A stretch of DNA of 29,799 nt from Nitrospirota bacterium (GCA_030667205.1 DAOUWH010000001.1:1-29799), one strand, 5' to 3'; shown: positions 16,568 through 24,384, counted from the first letter of the stretch. Made by a program: numbers and translations. The notes: a model not told the origin generated them from the sequence alone.

Positions 16568-17167
16568 TTACAACAGGTCTTTCACAGGTTTTTCCGTAAG
16601 CGAGCTTCCATCGTACAGCATAACGGTGGCCTCATTGGCCTCGATACTTCCTCCGGGCAAGGGCTTCCCGAGCGCGCGGAGTACGAGTGCGGCGTATCCC
16701 CTTACCGGGGGCCCGGGGGCCTGAAGGTATTCCATAGCTATACCGGCGAAGGGCTCGATGAGCCCGGGCCAGCGCTCCGCAATCCTCGACATTGCCCGGA
16801 GCACGCCGGTGCGGAAGAACTCCTCCTCATGAAACGACACCAGCACCGGCACGATGTCGTGGAACGGCTTTGGGTTTGCCCTGAGTATCTCGCCCAGTAT
16901 GTCCGGGGCGCTACAGGTGCTGTTGCCGGACTCTTCCCTCATCATCCATAGCACCTTCTGTATGACCTCCCTTGCCTCATCCGCGGGCATCCGGGCCGTG
17001 ACGGCGCCTATGGCCTCCATCGCGCGCCAGCTCATGAGGTCCTCAATGTCGTAAGTCATGGCGATGAGGTGCCTCAGGACGCTTTTCCTCGTATGAAGTT
17101 CTACGAGTCCATCGAAGTCTCTTCTCTGGAGGAGTGCGGCGATCTCGGCTCTGAGCTTGGGCGGCAT
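16568..17167 (-). CDS. HEAT/ARM-like helical repeat protein (resembles the DVU0298-type family of sulfate reducers, from memory)
   Basis: LIAMTYD...WRAMEAIG, LWMMREESG...APDILGEI, GVLRAMSRIA, VRGYAALVLRAL helical repeats. Confidence 0.65.
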   Translation of the reverse strand: MPPKLRAEIAALLQRRDFDGLVELHTRKSVLRHLIAMTYDIEDLMSWRAMEAIGAVTARMPADEAREVIQKVLWMMREESGNSTCSAPDILGEILRANPKPFHDIVPVLVSFHEEEFFRTGVLRAMSRIAERWPGLIEPFAGIAMEYLQAPGPPVRGYAALVLRALGKPLPGGSIEANEATVMLYDGSSLTEKPVKDLL

Positions 17168-17173
17168 AAGGTT

Positions 17174-17215
17174 ATTATATCAGGATATCGGGCGGGCTCA
17201 AATGATACATATCAT
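17174..17215 (-). promoter_or_regulatory. Candidate leaderless promoter with FNR/CRP-family box at -41.5
   Basis: TTGAGC-N16-TG-A-TATAAT, ending 6 nt before ATG 17167; no SD. ATGAT-N4-ATCAT palindrome at 17202-17215. Confidence 0.55.
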
Positions 17216-17230
17216 ACGGGGATGCCGGCC

Positions 17231-17257
17231 GGGAGGCGCCCGGCAGGGGCACCTCCC
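17231..17257 (-). terminator. GC-rich hairpin just downstream of the vWA gene
   Basis: Minus strand GGGAGGTGCCC-CTGCC-GGGCGCCTCCC: 11-bp stem with one G-U pair. No U-tract, so it is an atypical terminator or a stabiliser. Confidence 0.5.
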
Positions 17258-17266
17258 GTGAGAGTA

Positions 17267-19405
17267 TTATTTGCTGCCCATGGTGCGGGCGGTCTTTGCC
17301 AGGCGCACGAGGTTCAGAAACTCGCTGCGGTAGCCGAAGCTGTCGCGGCCGCGCGCTGGCTCGGCCAGTGCTATGACGTCGTCGTAAGTGAAGTCTCCCG
17401 TGAACCGGTCGCCGCGAAGTATCTGTCCAAAGGCGGCGACCGAGGTGGCAAACCTGACCTCGCCGGAGACTTTTTCAATTGCGGCGTATTCGCTGTCAGC
17501 ACCGATAGGGGTAGTGATAAGCGTGCTTGTGTCCGAGTCGGGGAGCTTGTAGCGTATCTTAAGGAACGCGTATTCGCCTGCCGTTGTCTTTTCGGACTTC
17601 TGCTCAGCGGCCTTCTTGTACCTCAGGTCGTCAAGCAGGCGGGCCGGGCTCCCGGGAGGGGTTATCTCGTAGATGGCCGTGACGCTGTGGCCAGAGCCGA
17701 TGTCGCCGGCGTCGACCTTGTCGTTGTTGAAGTCCTCGCGCCTGAGCATGCGCGTTTCGTATCCGACGAGCCTGTACTCGGCCACCGTCTCGGGGTTGAA
17801 CTCCACCTGTATCTTAACGTCCTTGGCAATGGTAAAGAGCGTGGAGCTTGCCTCGTCCACCAGCACCTTGCGGGCCTCGCTCAGTGTGTCTATATATGCA
17901 GCGTTGCCGTTTCCGTTCTGCGCGAGCTTCTGCATAAGGGCGTCGTTGTAGTTGCCCTGCCCGAAGCCGAGCACCGAGAGATAGATGCCTGTTTCCCTCT
18001 TGCGTTCTATAAAACCCTTTAGCTCTTCGGGGTCGCGGATGCCCACGTTGAAGTCGCCGTCGGTGGCGAGTATCACGCGGTTTACGGCGTCATGGTCAAA
18101 GTTCGCTTCGGCAAGGGCGTAGGCAAGGCGGATGCCCTCGCCACCGGCCGTGGAGCCTCCGGCGCGCAGGCGGTCAAGAGCCGCGAGTATCTGGCCCTTG
18201 TCTTTAACCTTAGTCGGCTCAAGGACGGTCCCGGCGGCGCCGGCGTAGACGACCATCGCTACCGTGTCCTCGGGGGCCAGGGTCTCAACAAGCATGCCCA
18301 GCGAGTTTTTAAGGAGCGGCAGCTTGTCGGCCATGTTCATGGAACCCGAGACGTCGATAAGGAACACGAGGTTTGAGCGGGGCTTTTTCTCGGGCACTAT
18401 GTCGTGCCCCTTGATGCCGATGTGCAGGAGCTTCGTGTCGGGGTTCCACGGCGTGGGATATACGGCTACCGTTGGTTTAAAAGGTTCTTTCCTGTTTTTG
18501 GGGAGTTCGTAGTCGTAGTCAAAGTAGTTGATCATCTCCTCGATGCGCACCGCGTTCTTCTGGGGCAGGTTGCCGCCCATTAAGGCCCTCCGGACGAAGG
18601 CGTACGCGGCGGTGTCCACATCTATCGAGAACGTCGAGACCGGCTCCTCGGCCACGAGCTTTATGGGGTTAGGCGTGAGCTTTTCGAACCTGTCGCGCCC
18701 CACGTATTCCTGATTGTCCGCCGGCATTCTGGCAGGCATCGCCAGCTCGGCCTCGGCAGGGGAGTACTGATAAAGGTTCCCGGCGATACCCGAGGAGCGC
18801 TCCCTGGCGTCCTTAAGCTTTGTGGCTCTAAAGTAATCGCCCTTGGCTTCCTTTTTGGCCAACAACGGAGTTTTAAGGGAATCCGCCTCTGATTTTCCGA
18901 CAAGCCCCTCCGGAGCAGGCTTCGTCCCGGGCCTCCCTTTTGAGCCGTCTGCACGCGGCCCCTTTGCCGCAGACGGTTTGGAGACCTCACTTTTCGCTGT
19001 TAGTACTTCCTGTGAAGCGGGTTTCGCCGGGCCGGACGCTATTGGTTGCTGCTCGTTCTTTGCGATTACGGTCTTCCCGGCTTCATGCCGTTCAATGGCG
19101 GCCTTCCTGGAGCTAAGAAATGTCGGAGTGAAGATACTCAGCGACAGCATTAGTGCCAGTGCGGCTACGCCGGCTGTGATTAGTACGGGCTTTTTCATGA
19201 CAGACACACCTCCTGAAAAGATTTTTTCTTGAAGTCTGCCTGTTAGACGCCTGAGCCTCTCAAATCCTTTGACGGGCTCCTCTGCCGTGTCCTTCTGGCG
19301 CTGAAACTCGGCCATTGCCCGCTGGATGGCCGCTTTCTTCGCGCCCTCGCCGGGTTCGGGTATATCCAATTTATTGAATAATTCTTTCAGTTTGTCCTCA
19401 TCCAT
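17267..19405 (-). CDS. Membrane-anchored von Willebrand factor A (YfbK-like) protein, probable anti-sigma factor
   Basis: 69-aa cytoplasmic N-terminus, one TM segment, low-complexity linker. STFSIDVDTAAY, VRIEEMINYF, MIDAS DVSGS, GGST, LATDGDFNVG, AKDVKIQVEFNP, YRLVGYE.R, DKVDAGDIGSGHSVTAIYE; coupled to the ECF sigma gene. Confidence 0.85.
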   Translation of the reverse strand: MDEDKLKELFNKLDIPEPGEGAKKAAIQRAMAEFQRQKDTAEEPVKGFERLRRLTGRLQEKIFSGGVSVMKKPVLITAGVAALALMLSLSIFTPTFLSSRKAAIERHEAGKTVIAKNEQQPIASGPAKPASQEVLTAKSEVSKPSAAKGPRADGSKGRPGTKPAPEGLVGKSEADSLKTPLLAKKEAKGDYFRATKLKDARERSSGIAGNLYQYSPAEAELAMPARMPADNQEYVGRDRFEKLTPNPIKLVAEEPVSTFSIDVDTAAYAFVRRALMGGNLPQKNAVRIEEMINYFDYDYELPKNRKEPFKPTVAVYPTPWNPDTKLLHIGIKGHDIVPEKKPRSNLVFLIDVSGSMNMADKLPLLKNSLGMLVETLAPEDTVAMVVYAGAAGTVLEPTKVKDKGQILAALDRLRAGGSTAGGEGIRLAYALAEANFDHDAVNRVILATDGDFNVGIRDPEELKGFIERKRETGIYLSVLGFGQGNYNDALMQKLAQNGNGNAAYIDTLSEARKVLVDEASSTLFTIAKDVKIQVEFNPETVAEYRLVGYETRMLRREDFNNDKVDAGDIGSGHSVTAIYEITPPGSPARLLDDLRYKKAAEQKSEKTTAGEYAFLKIRYKLPDSDTSTLITTPIGADSEYAAIEKVSGEVRFATSVAAFGQILRGDRFTGDFTYDDVIALAEPARGRDSFGYRSEFLNLVRLAKTARTMGSK

Positions 19406-19407
19406 AA

Positions 19408-19947
19408 CTACACCTCATGCTTGAGATAGTTCTTTAAATGCTTCCTTGCCTGAAAAATTCGCCACGATACCGTGGTCTCGGCACAGCCGAGCGCTTCCGA
19501 GGCCTCCTTGTGGCTTAACCCCTCGGCAAATACCAGTATGACCGCTTCCTTAAGCTTTACCGGAAGTTTTTCGACCACCGTGTATAAGCGTGCGGAGTCC
19601 ATGTGGCCTTCATTGCCGGGTGCCGGGTTGTTAAGCTTCTGCTCATGTGCGAAGGCGCTTTCCAGGGCCGCCCTGTTGGTATTCTTTCTGTAAAGATCCT
19701 TTGCGGTATTTGTCGTGATGCGGTAGAGCCAGGTCTTAAATGAAGAGCCCTGCTTGAAGGTGTTAATTTTCCTTGCCAGCTTGACAAAGACCTCTTGCGC
19801 TATGTCCTCTGCGTCCTCTTTGACCCCGCACCATTTATATGAAACCTTGTATACAAGAAGATAGTTCCGGTCTACGAGCCGCTCGAACGCTGCCGCATCC
19901 CCGGCCACCGCAAGGTCTACCAGTTCAATGTCGGTTGGACTGTCCAT
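19408..19947 (-). CDS. ECF (sigma-70 group 4) RNA polymerase sigma factor
   Basis: Region 2 AEDIAQEVFVK...FKTWLYRITTN; region 4 LVFAEGLSHKEASEALGCAETTVSWRIFQAR. Confidence 0.93.
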   Translation of the reverse strand: MDSPTDIELVDLAVAGDAAAFERLVDRNYLLVYKVSYKWCGVKEDAEDIAQEVFVKLARKINTFKQGSSFKTWLYRITTNTAKDLYRKNTNRAALESAFAHEQKLNNPAPGNEGHMDSARLYTVVEKLPVKLKEAVILVFAEGLSHKEASEALGCAETTVSWRIFQARKHLKNYLKHEV

Positions 19948-20003
19948 TTTATTATTAGACGCGCGAGCCTGTGAATTCCTTTGATATTATGTTTTAACAG
20001 CTT

Positions 20004-21467
20004 TTAAGCGGATTTTACCTTATTTTTTGAAAACCGCCTTGCGGCTTTAAGGATTCCCTCCGCCCATTCGGGGTGGCCGAGGGCATGGAGGTGGGTGTAG
20101 GTGGCAAGGACGTTTTTGTAAGTGAGGCCGTCCATGCCGCCTTCGATGCCTGTTCCGCGCTGCATCTTATAGGCCAGTGCCATGGAATCCTTTAACTTCA
20201 GTGCCGTGACCTTTGAATAGTGGAATTCGTGGCCCTTGAGCACGGTGCCGCGCTTGAGGAAGGGGTTTTCATGTAAGACCTTTAGCGAGGTGTAGCCGTG
20301 GGCCTGGGGCTTTCGCTTAAGCTCGAACCTTATGGGGAGCACCCCTGCCATGGGATAGGGCTTGCCCCCGACCGTGATGTCCCGTCCGAGGTAGATGAGC
20401 CCCCCGCATTCGGCATATATCGGGAGGCCGTCCTCGGCGGCCCGTTTAAGGCTCTTTCTGAAGGAGGCGTTCTCCGAGAGGGCTATGGCATGTGTCTCGG
20501 GGAAGCCGCCACCGATATAAAGCGCATCCAGAGGGGGAAGTACTTTATCCACAAGGGCGCTTAGCTTTACGAGTTCGGCCCCCTGTTGTTCGAGGGCGTC
20601 GAAATTTTCGGGGTAGTAAAACTGGAAGGCCGAATCCACGATAACCCCCACCTTCAGCCCGGACCTCTTACGTGTAGTGGTCTCAAATAATGCAGCCATG
20701 TCGACAGTTAACGGCCTCGCGCTCCGGGCCACATCAAGGAGGGCGTCGAGGTCAACGTGCTTTTCAACCACTGCGGTGGCCCACTCTATGGCGTCTTCGA
20801 CCTCCGGGTGCTCCTGCTGCGGGGTGAGGCCCATGTGCCGCTCGGGCATTTTTAAATCCCTGAGCCTCGGTATCGCGCCGAGCACCGGGGTGGTAAGATA
20901 CCTCTCGATGGATTCCCTGATTACGGATTCGTGGCGCTTGCCCGCCACCTGGTTGAGGACGAACCCGCCGAGCTTAAGGCCGCGCTCGAAGCGCTCCACC
21001 CCGCTGAGCATTGCCGCGATGGTCCTGGTGGTTTTCGTACAATCGATGATGAGGATTACGGGGGCCTTCAGTTGTCTCGCCACAACGGCGGTGGACATGC
21101 TCCCTTCGGAGTCCATGCCGTCGAAGAGCCCCCTGTTGCCCTCTATCACCGCGCAGTCGGCGTCCCCGATGTGAGAGGCGACTGAGGGGACTATATTCCC
21201 TTTTCCGATGAGGAATGGGTCGAGGTTGTAGCAGGGCCCTCCGGCGGCGGAAGCCAGCCACCCGGCGTCTATGTAGTCTGGCCCCTTTTTGAAGGCGGCC
21301 GCCCTGATGCCTCTTTTTCGGAGGGCGCCAAGCAGGCCAATAGAAAGGGTAGTCTTTCCCGAGCCCCCCCGGAGCCCGGCAACGACTACCCTTGGTATCG
21401 TAAGCTTAAGCTGTCTGTTACTTGATGAGGCCTTTTTCCCTGAGGTACTCCTCGCTGGGGATCTCAA
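20004..21467 (-). CDS. dsrN: DsrN, cobyrinate a,c-diamide synthase (CbiA/CobB) family, putative siroheme amidase
   Basis: GLRGGSGKT, FKKGPDYIDAGW, IEGNRGLFDG, YAECGG, GHEFHYS; directly after dsrD. The only canonical start is TTG 21467, inside dsrD. Confidence 0.88.
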   Translation of the reverse strand: MRSPARSTSGKKASSSNRQLKLTIPRVVVAGLRGGSGKTTLSIGLLGALRKRGIRAAAFKKGPDYIDAGWLASAAGGPCYNLDPFLIGKGNIVPSVASHIGDADCAVIEGNRGLFDGMDSEGSMSTAVVARQLKAPVILIIDCTKTTRTIAAMLSGVERFERGLKLGGFVLNQVAGKRHESVIRESIERYLTTPVLGAIPRLRDLKMPERHMGLTPQQEHPEVEDAIEWATAVVEKHVDLDALLDVARSARPLTVDMAALFETTTRKRSGLKVGVIVDSAFQFYYPENFDALEQQGAELVKLSALVDKVLPPLDALYIGGGFPETHAIALSENASFRKSLKRAAEDGLPIYAECGGLIYLGRDITVGGKPYPMAGVLPIRFELKRKPQAHGYTSLKVLHENPFLKRGTVLKGHEFHYSKVTALKLKDSMALAYKMQRGTGIEGGMDGLTYKNVLATYTHLHALGHPEWAEGILKAARRFSKNKVKSA

Positions 21468-21666
21468 CCGAGCTTGCGCCTCCTCCGTACGAGTACATGA
21501 GCTTTCCGACGTCTATCATGGCTCTCATTGCCTTCTTGACGGTGTCCTTTTCCTCGCCGGTGTCGGCACTGACGCCCTTGAGGATGTCTTTTTCCTTGAG
21601 CTTCTTCTTGCCTTTTGCGGCCTCGACGAAGGCAAAGATTTTATCCTGAAGTTCAGCTGTTTCCAT
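21418..21666 (-). CDS. dsrD: Dissimilatory sulfite reductase D protein (atypical C-terminal motif)
   Basis: 82-aa basic winged-helix-like protein directly after dsrB; GKLMYSYGGGAS; RBS GGAGGT. Confidence 0.75.
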   Translation of the reverse strand: METAELQDKIFAFVEAAKGKKKLKEKDILKGVSADTGEEKDTVKKAMRAMIDVGKLMYSYGGGASSVEIPSEEYLREKGLIK

Positions 21667-21698
21667 TGCCTAATACCTCCGTGTTAAGCGTTATGAGT

Positions 21699-21734
21699 TA
21701 ATAGGGCAGCAACCATATGGTTGCTGCCCTATTA
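21699..21734. repeat. Perfect 36-bp palindrome between dsrB and dsrD
   Basis: TAATAGGGCAGCAACCAT|ATGGTTGCTGCCCTATTA: 18-bp arms with no spacer. Confidence 0.95.
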
Positions 21735-21744
21735 TACAGTAATT

Positions 21745-22851
21745 TTACATCTTGAATGCGGCGGAAGTCCTCAACGTGTCTCTCATGAAGGTGAAGTCGT
21801 CGATGTGCTGGTAGGTAAACTCGATTCCGGTGAGGCTGAAGAACCTCTCCCAACCGATCCTCTCTATCCACTCGCCCATCCTCTCGTGCTTCCTTGCGCC
21901 CTTGGCGTAGGTGTCGAGGATGTTTTTAAGGGCCTCTATTACCTCGGGCCACCTTGGCGGGTTGTTGTATATGAAAGGTATCGCGAGCTTCGAGAACTTC
22001 GGGCCGGTCCTTGCGCTTCCTATCTTGCCACCGACCACTATTGCCACGCCGTCCTCATCGGGCCTGTGGATGTCGATTGGCGGGCAGACCGTGAAGCAGT
22101 TGCCGCAGTACATGCACTTTTCATCCTTGATCTTGACGCTCTTTTTGGCCGGGTCGGGGCTGATGGCCCTTGTGGGGCACGAGCCGATCGTGGTCGGAAT
22201 CTCGCAGATGTTCTTGACAGCTTCGTGGTTGATGGAGGGCACTTTCCTGTGCACCGCAACCACGGCCAGGTCGGAGCAGTGGACGGCGCCGCACATGTTA
22301 ACGCAGCAGGCGACGGCAAGCCTTACTTTTGCGGGGAGCTCCTTCTCGGTGAAGTATTCGTAGAACTCGTCCATCATGGCCTTCACCAGGCCCGATGCGT
22401 CGGTGCATGCGCCGTGGCAGTGCACCCAGCCCTGCGTATGCACGACGTTGGAGATCCTGGGGCCGATGCCGCCTATCGTGAAGCCCTTGTCCTTGAGCTC
22501 TTTCTTGAGGGGCTTGACCTTGCCCTCGTCCGGGGTCATGAACTCAACGTTGTTTCTCGTTGTGAAGCGGATGTAGCCGTCGCAGTACTTGTCTGCGATG
22601 TCCAGCATCTCGTAGATGGTGATGGTGCTCAGGATCCTCGGGGAGGCTACCCTCACCGTAAAGACCTTGTCGCCGCTGTTGGCCTCGTGCACCATAGTGC
22701 CGGCATCGAGCCTTTCGTGGTGTTTCCAGTCGCCGTAGTTCTTCTTTATGACCGGCGGCAGGAACTGCTCGAAATGTGGCGGCCCAATGTCGGTTTGCCT
22801 TTTTTCTTTTGATTCTTCTGCTGTTAGCCAACCTTTCGGTAAATCGGCCAT
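21745..22851 (-). CDS. dsrB: Dissimilatory sulfite reductase beta subunit
   Basis: TDIGPPH, RFTTRNNVEF, HTQGWVHCH, ACCVNMCGAVH, CEIPTTIGSCPT, CMYCGNC, ERMGEWIERIGWERFF. Start moved to ATG 22851 (AAGGAGG 7 nt upstream). Confidence 0.97.
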   Translation of the reverse strand: MADLPKGWLTAEESKEKRQTDIGPPHFEQFLPPVIKKNYGDWKHHERLDAGTMVHEANSGDKVFTVRVASPRILSTITIYEMLDIADKYCDGYIRFTTRNNVEFMTPDEGKVKPLKKELKDKGFTIGGIGPRISNVVHTQGWVHCHGACTDASGLVKAMMDEFYEYFTEKELPAKVRLAVACCVNMCGAVHCSDLAVVAVHRKVPSINHEAVKNICEIPTTIGSCPTRAISPDPAKKSVKIKDEKCMYCGNCFTVCPPIDIHRPDEDGVAIVVGGKIGSARTGPKFSKLAIPFIYNNPPRWPEVIEALKNILDTYAKGARKHERMGEWIERIGWERFFSLTGIEFTYQHIDDFTFMRDTLRTSAAFKM

Positions 22852-22892
22852 TTTCAATCCTCCTTTATAGACTTTTATAGGCTTTATAAATT

Positions 22893-24077
22893 TTATTTCT
22901 TGAAGTCGTCGTCGCTCCAGAAGAAGAACGGGTCTTTCCTGGGCTCAAACACCTGTGCCGGGCTCGGAGGAACTCCTATGGCCTCGAGGAACGGCCTCAT
23001 GCCCTTTACCTCGATGAGCTCGCCGATCCTCTCCCTGGGCTTGGCGTTGTCGTCCCACCATTCGATAATTTTGCTTATCATCTCGTAGAGATCGTCGTAG
23101 GGCGGCTCGATCTTCATGAACGGAACGACTACCCACGAAAGCAGCGAGCCCACGACGATGGGGGCCTTGGAGCCGATGAGGATGGTTATGCCTTTCTCGC
23201 CTGTGGTCTTCAGGGCCTTTGTCATCTTCGTGATGCAGTGCATGCAGCGCGAGCACTCGCCGTTGTCGATGCTGAGTTCCTTGCCGTCGTAGCTCATGCA
23301 GCTGGTGGGGCACATTTCGACTATCTCGGCGTTGATGTCCATACCCTTGCCTGCATAGTCCTTGACTGCGGCCTGGTCAATTGCGATGTCGCCTTTCCAG
23401 GTGCCGATTATCGAGCAGTCGGAACGGGCGATTGCGGCCACGCAGTCGCACGCGCAACCCGCGACCTTTATCTTGAACTTGTAGGGGTATGCCGGCCTGT
23501 GCATCTCGTCCTGGAACCTCTGGGTCATCTCGTTGCAGATGCCCATTGCGTCGATGTTGGACCACTCGCACCTTGCGGCACCGATGCAGCAGCTCGGGGT
23601 CCTCATTGCCGAACCCGAACCGCCGAGGTCCCATCCCCTGGAGGAGTACTCGGCAAATATCGGCTCGAGGGCCTCGGTCGTGGTGCCCAAGAGCACCAGG
23701 TCGCCCGTGGAACCATGTACGTTAGTCAGACCGCTTCCGTACTTGTCCCATATGTTGCAGATTTCCCTCAGGGCCTTTGTCGTGTAGAAAAAGCCGCTGG
23801 GCTGGTTAATCCTGACGGTGTGGAAGTGGGCAACACCGGGGAATTCATCCGGAAGAGCGGAATACCTTCCGATGACTCCTCCGCCGTAACCAAGAACTCC
23901 GACGATTCCGCCGTGTTTCCAGTAGCCGCGCTTGTCCCTGTAGGACTTTTCGACCAGGCCGAGCTCGTCGTTGGCCATGTTGCTATGCGTCGCGGACTTC
24001 TTGATTTCCGTCACGAAGCTTGGCCACGGGCCTTTTTCGAGTTCGTCCAGAAGTGGTGTGTCATACTTCTTTCCCAT
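22893..24077 (-). CDS. dsrA: Dissimilatory sulfite reductase alpha subunit
   Basis: TPLLDELEKGPWPSFV, WKHGGIVGVLGYGGGVIGRY, FHTVRINQPSG, GLTNVHGSTGD, DLGGSGS, siroheme motifs CIGAARC and YKFKIKVAGCACDC, ferredoxin domain, ERIGELI; RBS AAGGAGG. Confidence 0.98.
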   Translation of the reverse strand: MGKKYDTPLLDELEKGPWPSFVTEIKKSATHSNMANDELGLVEKSYRDKRGYWKHGGIVGVLGYGGGVIGRYSALPDEFPGVAHFHTVRINQPSGFFYTTKALREICNIWDKYGSGLTNVHGSTGDLVLLGTTTEALEPIFAEYSSRGWDLGGSGSAMRTPSCCIGAARCEWSNIDAMGICNEMTQRFQDEMHRPAYPYKFKIKVAGCACDCVAAIARSDCSIIGTWKGDIAIDQAAVKDYAGKGMDINAEIVEMCPTSCMSYDGKELSIDNGECSRCMHCITKMTKALKTTGEKGITILIGSKAPIVVGSLLSWVVVPFMKIEPPYDDLYEMISKIIEWWDDNAKPRERIGELIEVKGMRPFLEAIGVPPSPAQVFEPRKDPFFFWSDDDFKK

Positions 24078-24384
24078 TAGCGCCCTCCTTTAAGAGAGAT
24101 TAAGTTTATACTCCTCTAGCTTCCGAACACAAAAGTAGCGGTGAAGACAGAGCTTAAGCCTAATATACCCGTATCTGTGGGGTCAAATAAGAAATATTAA
24201 TCGGCAAATCACTATTGTTTATGTGCCCGGCGTCAGCAGGAATCTCAGCAAATTCAGCCGGTTGGGACAAATCAGGAAGCCTAACCTTTTGCGAGGCGGG
24301 CAAATCTGCTAAGATGAAATCAGGACGGTACACTAATCTAATCGGTGTGAAAACATTATGAAAACAGGCAATTAGGAGGTGGGT

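Noticed and set aside
17069-18022. 317-aa plus-strand ORF
   Set aside because: Antisense to the vWA gene; no motifs or RBS.
21721-22812. 363-aa plus-strand ORF
   Set aside because: Codon-mirrored shadow of dsrB.
24164-24186. sigma70 promoter TTGACC...TATATT for dsrA
   Set aside because: The spacer is only 13 nt (15 nt to TATTAG), too short.
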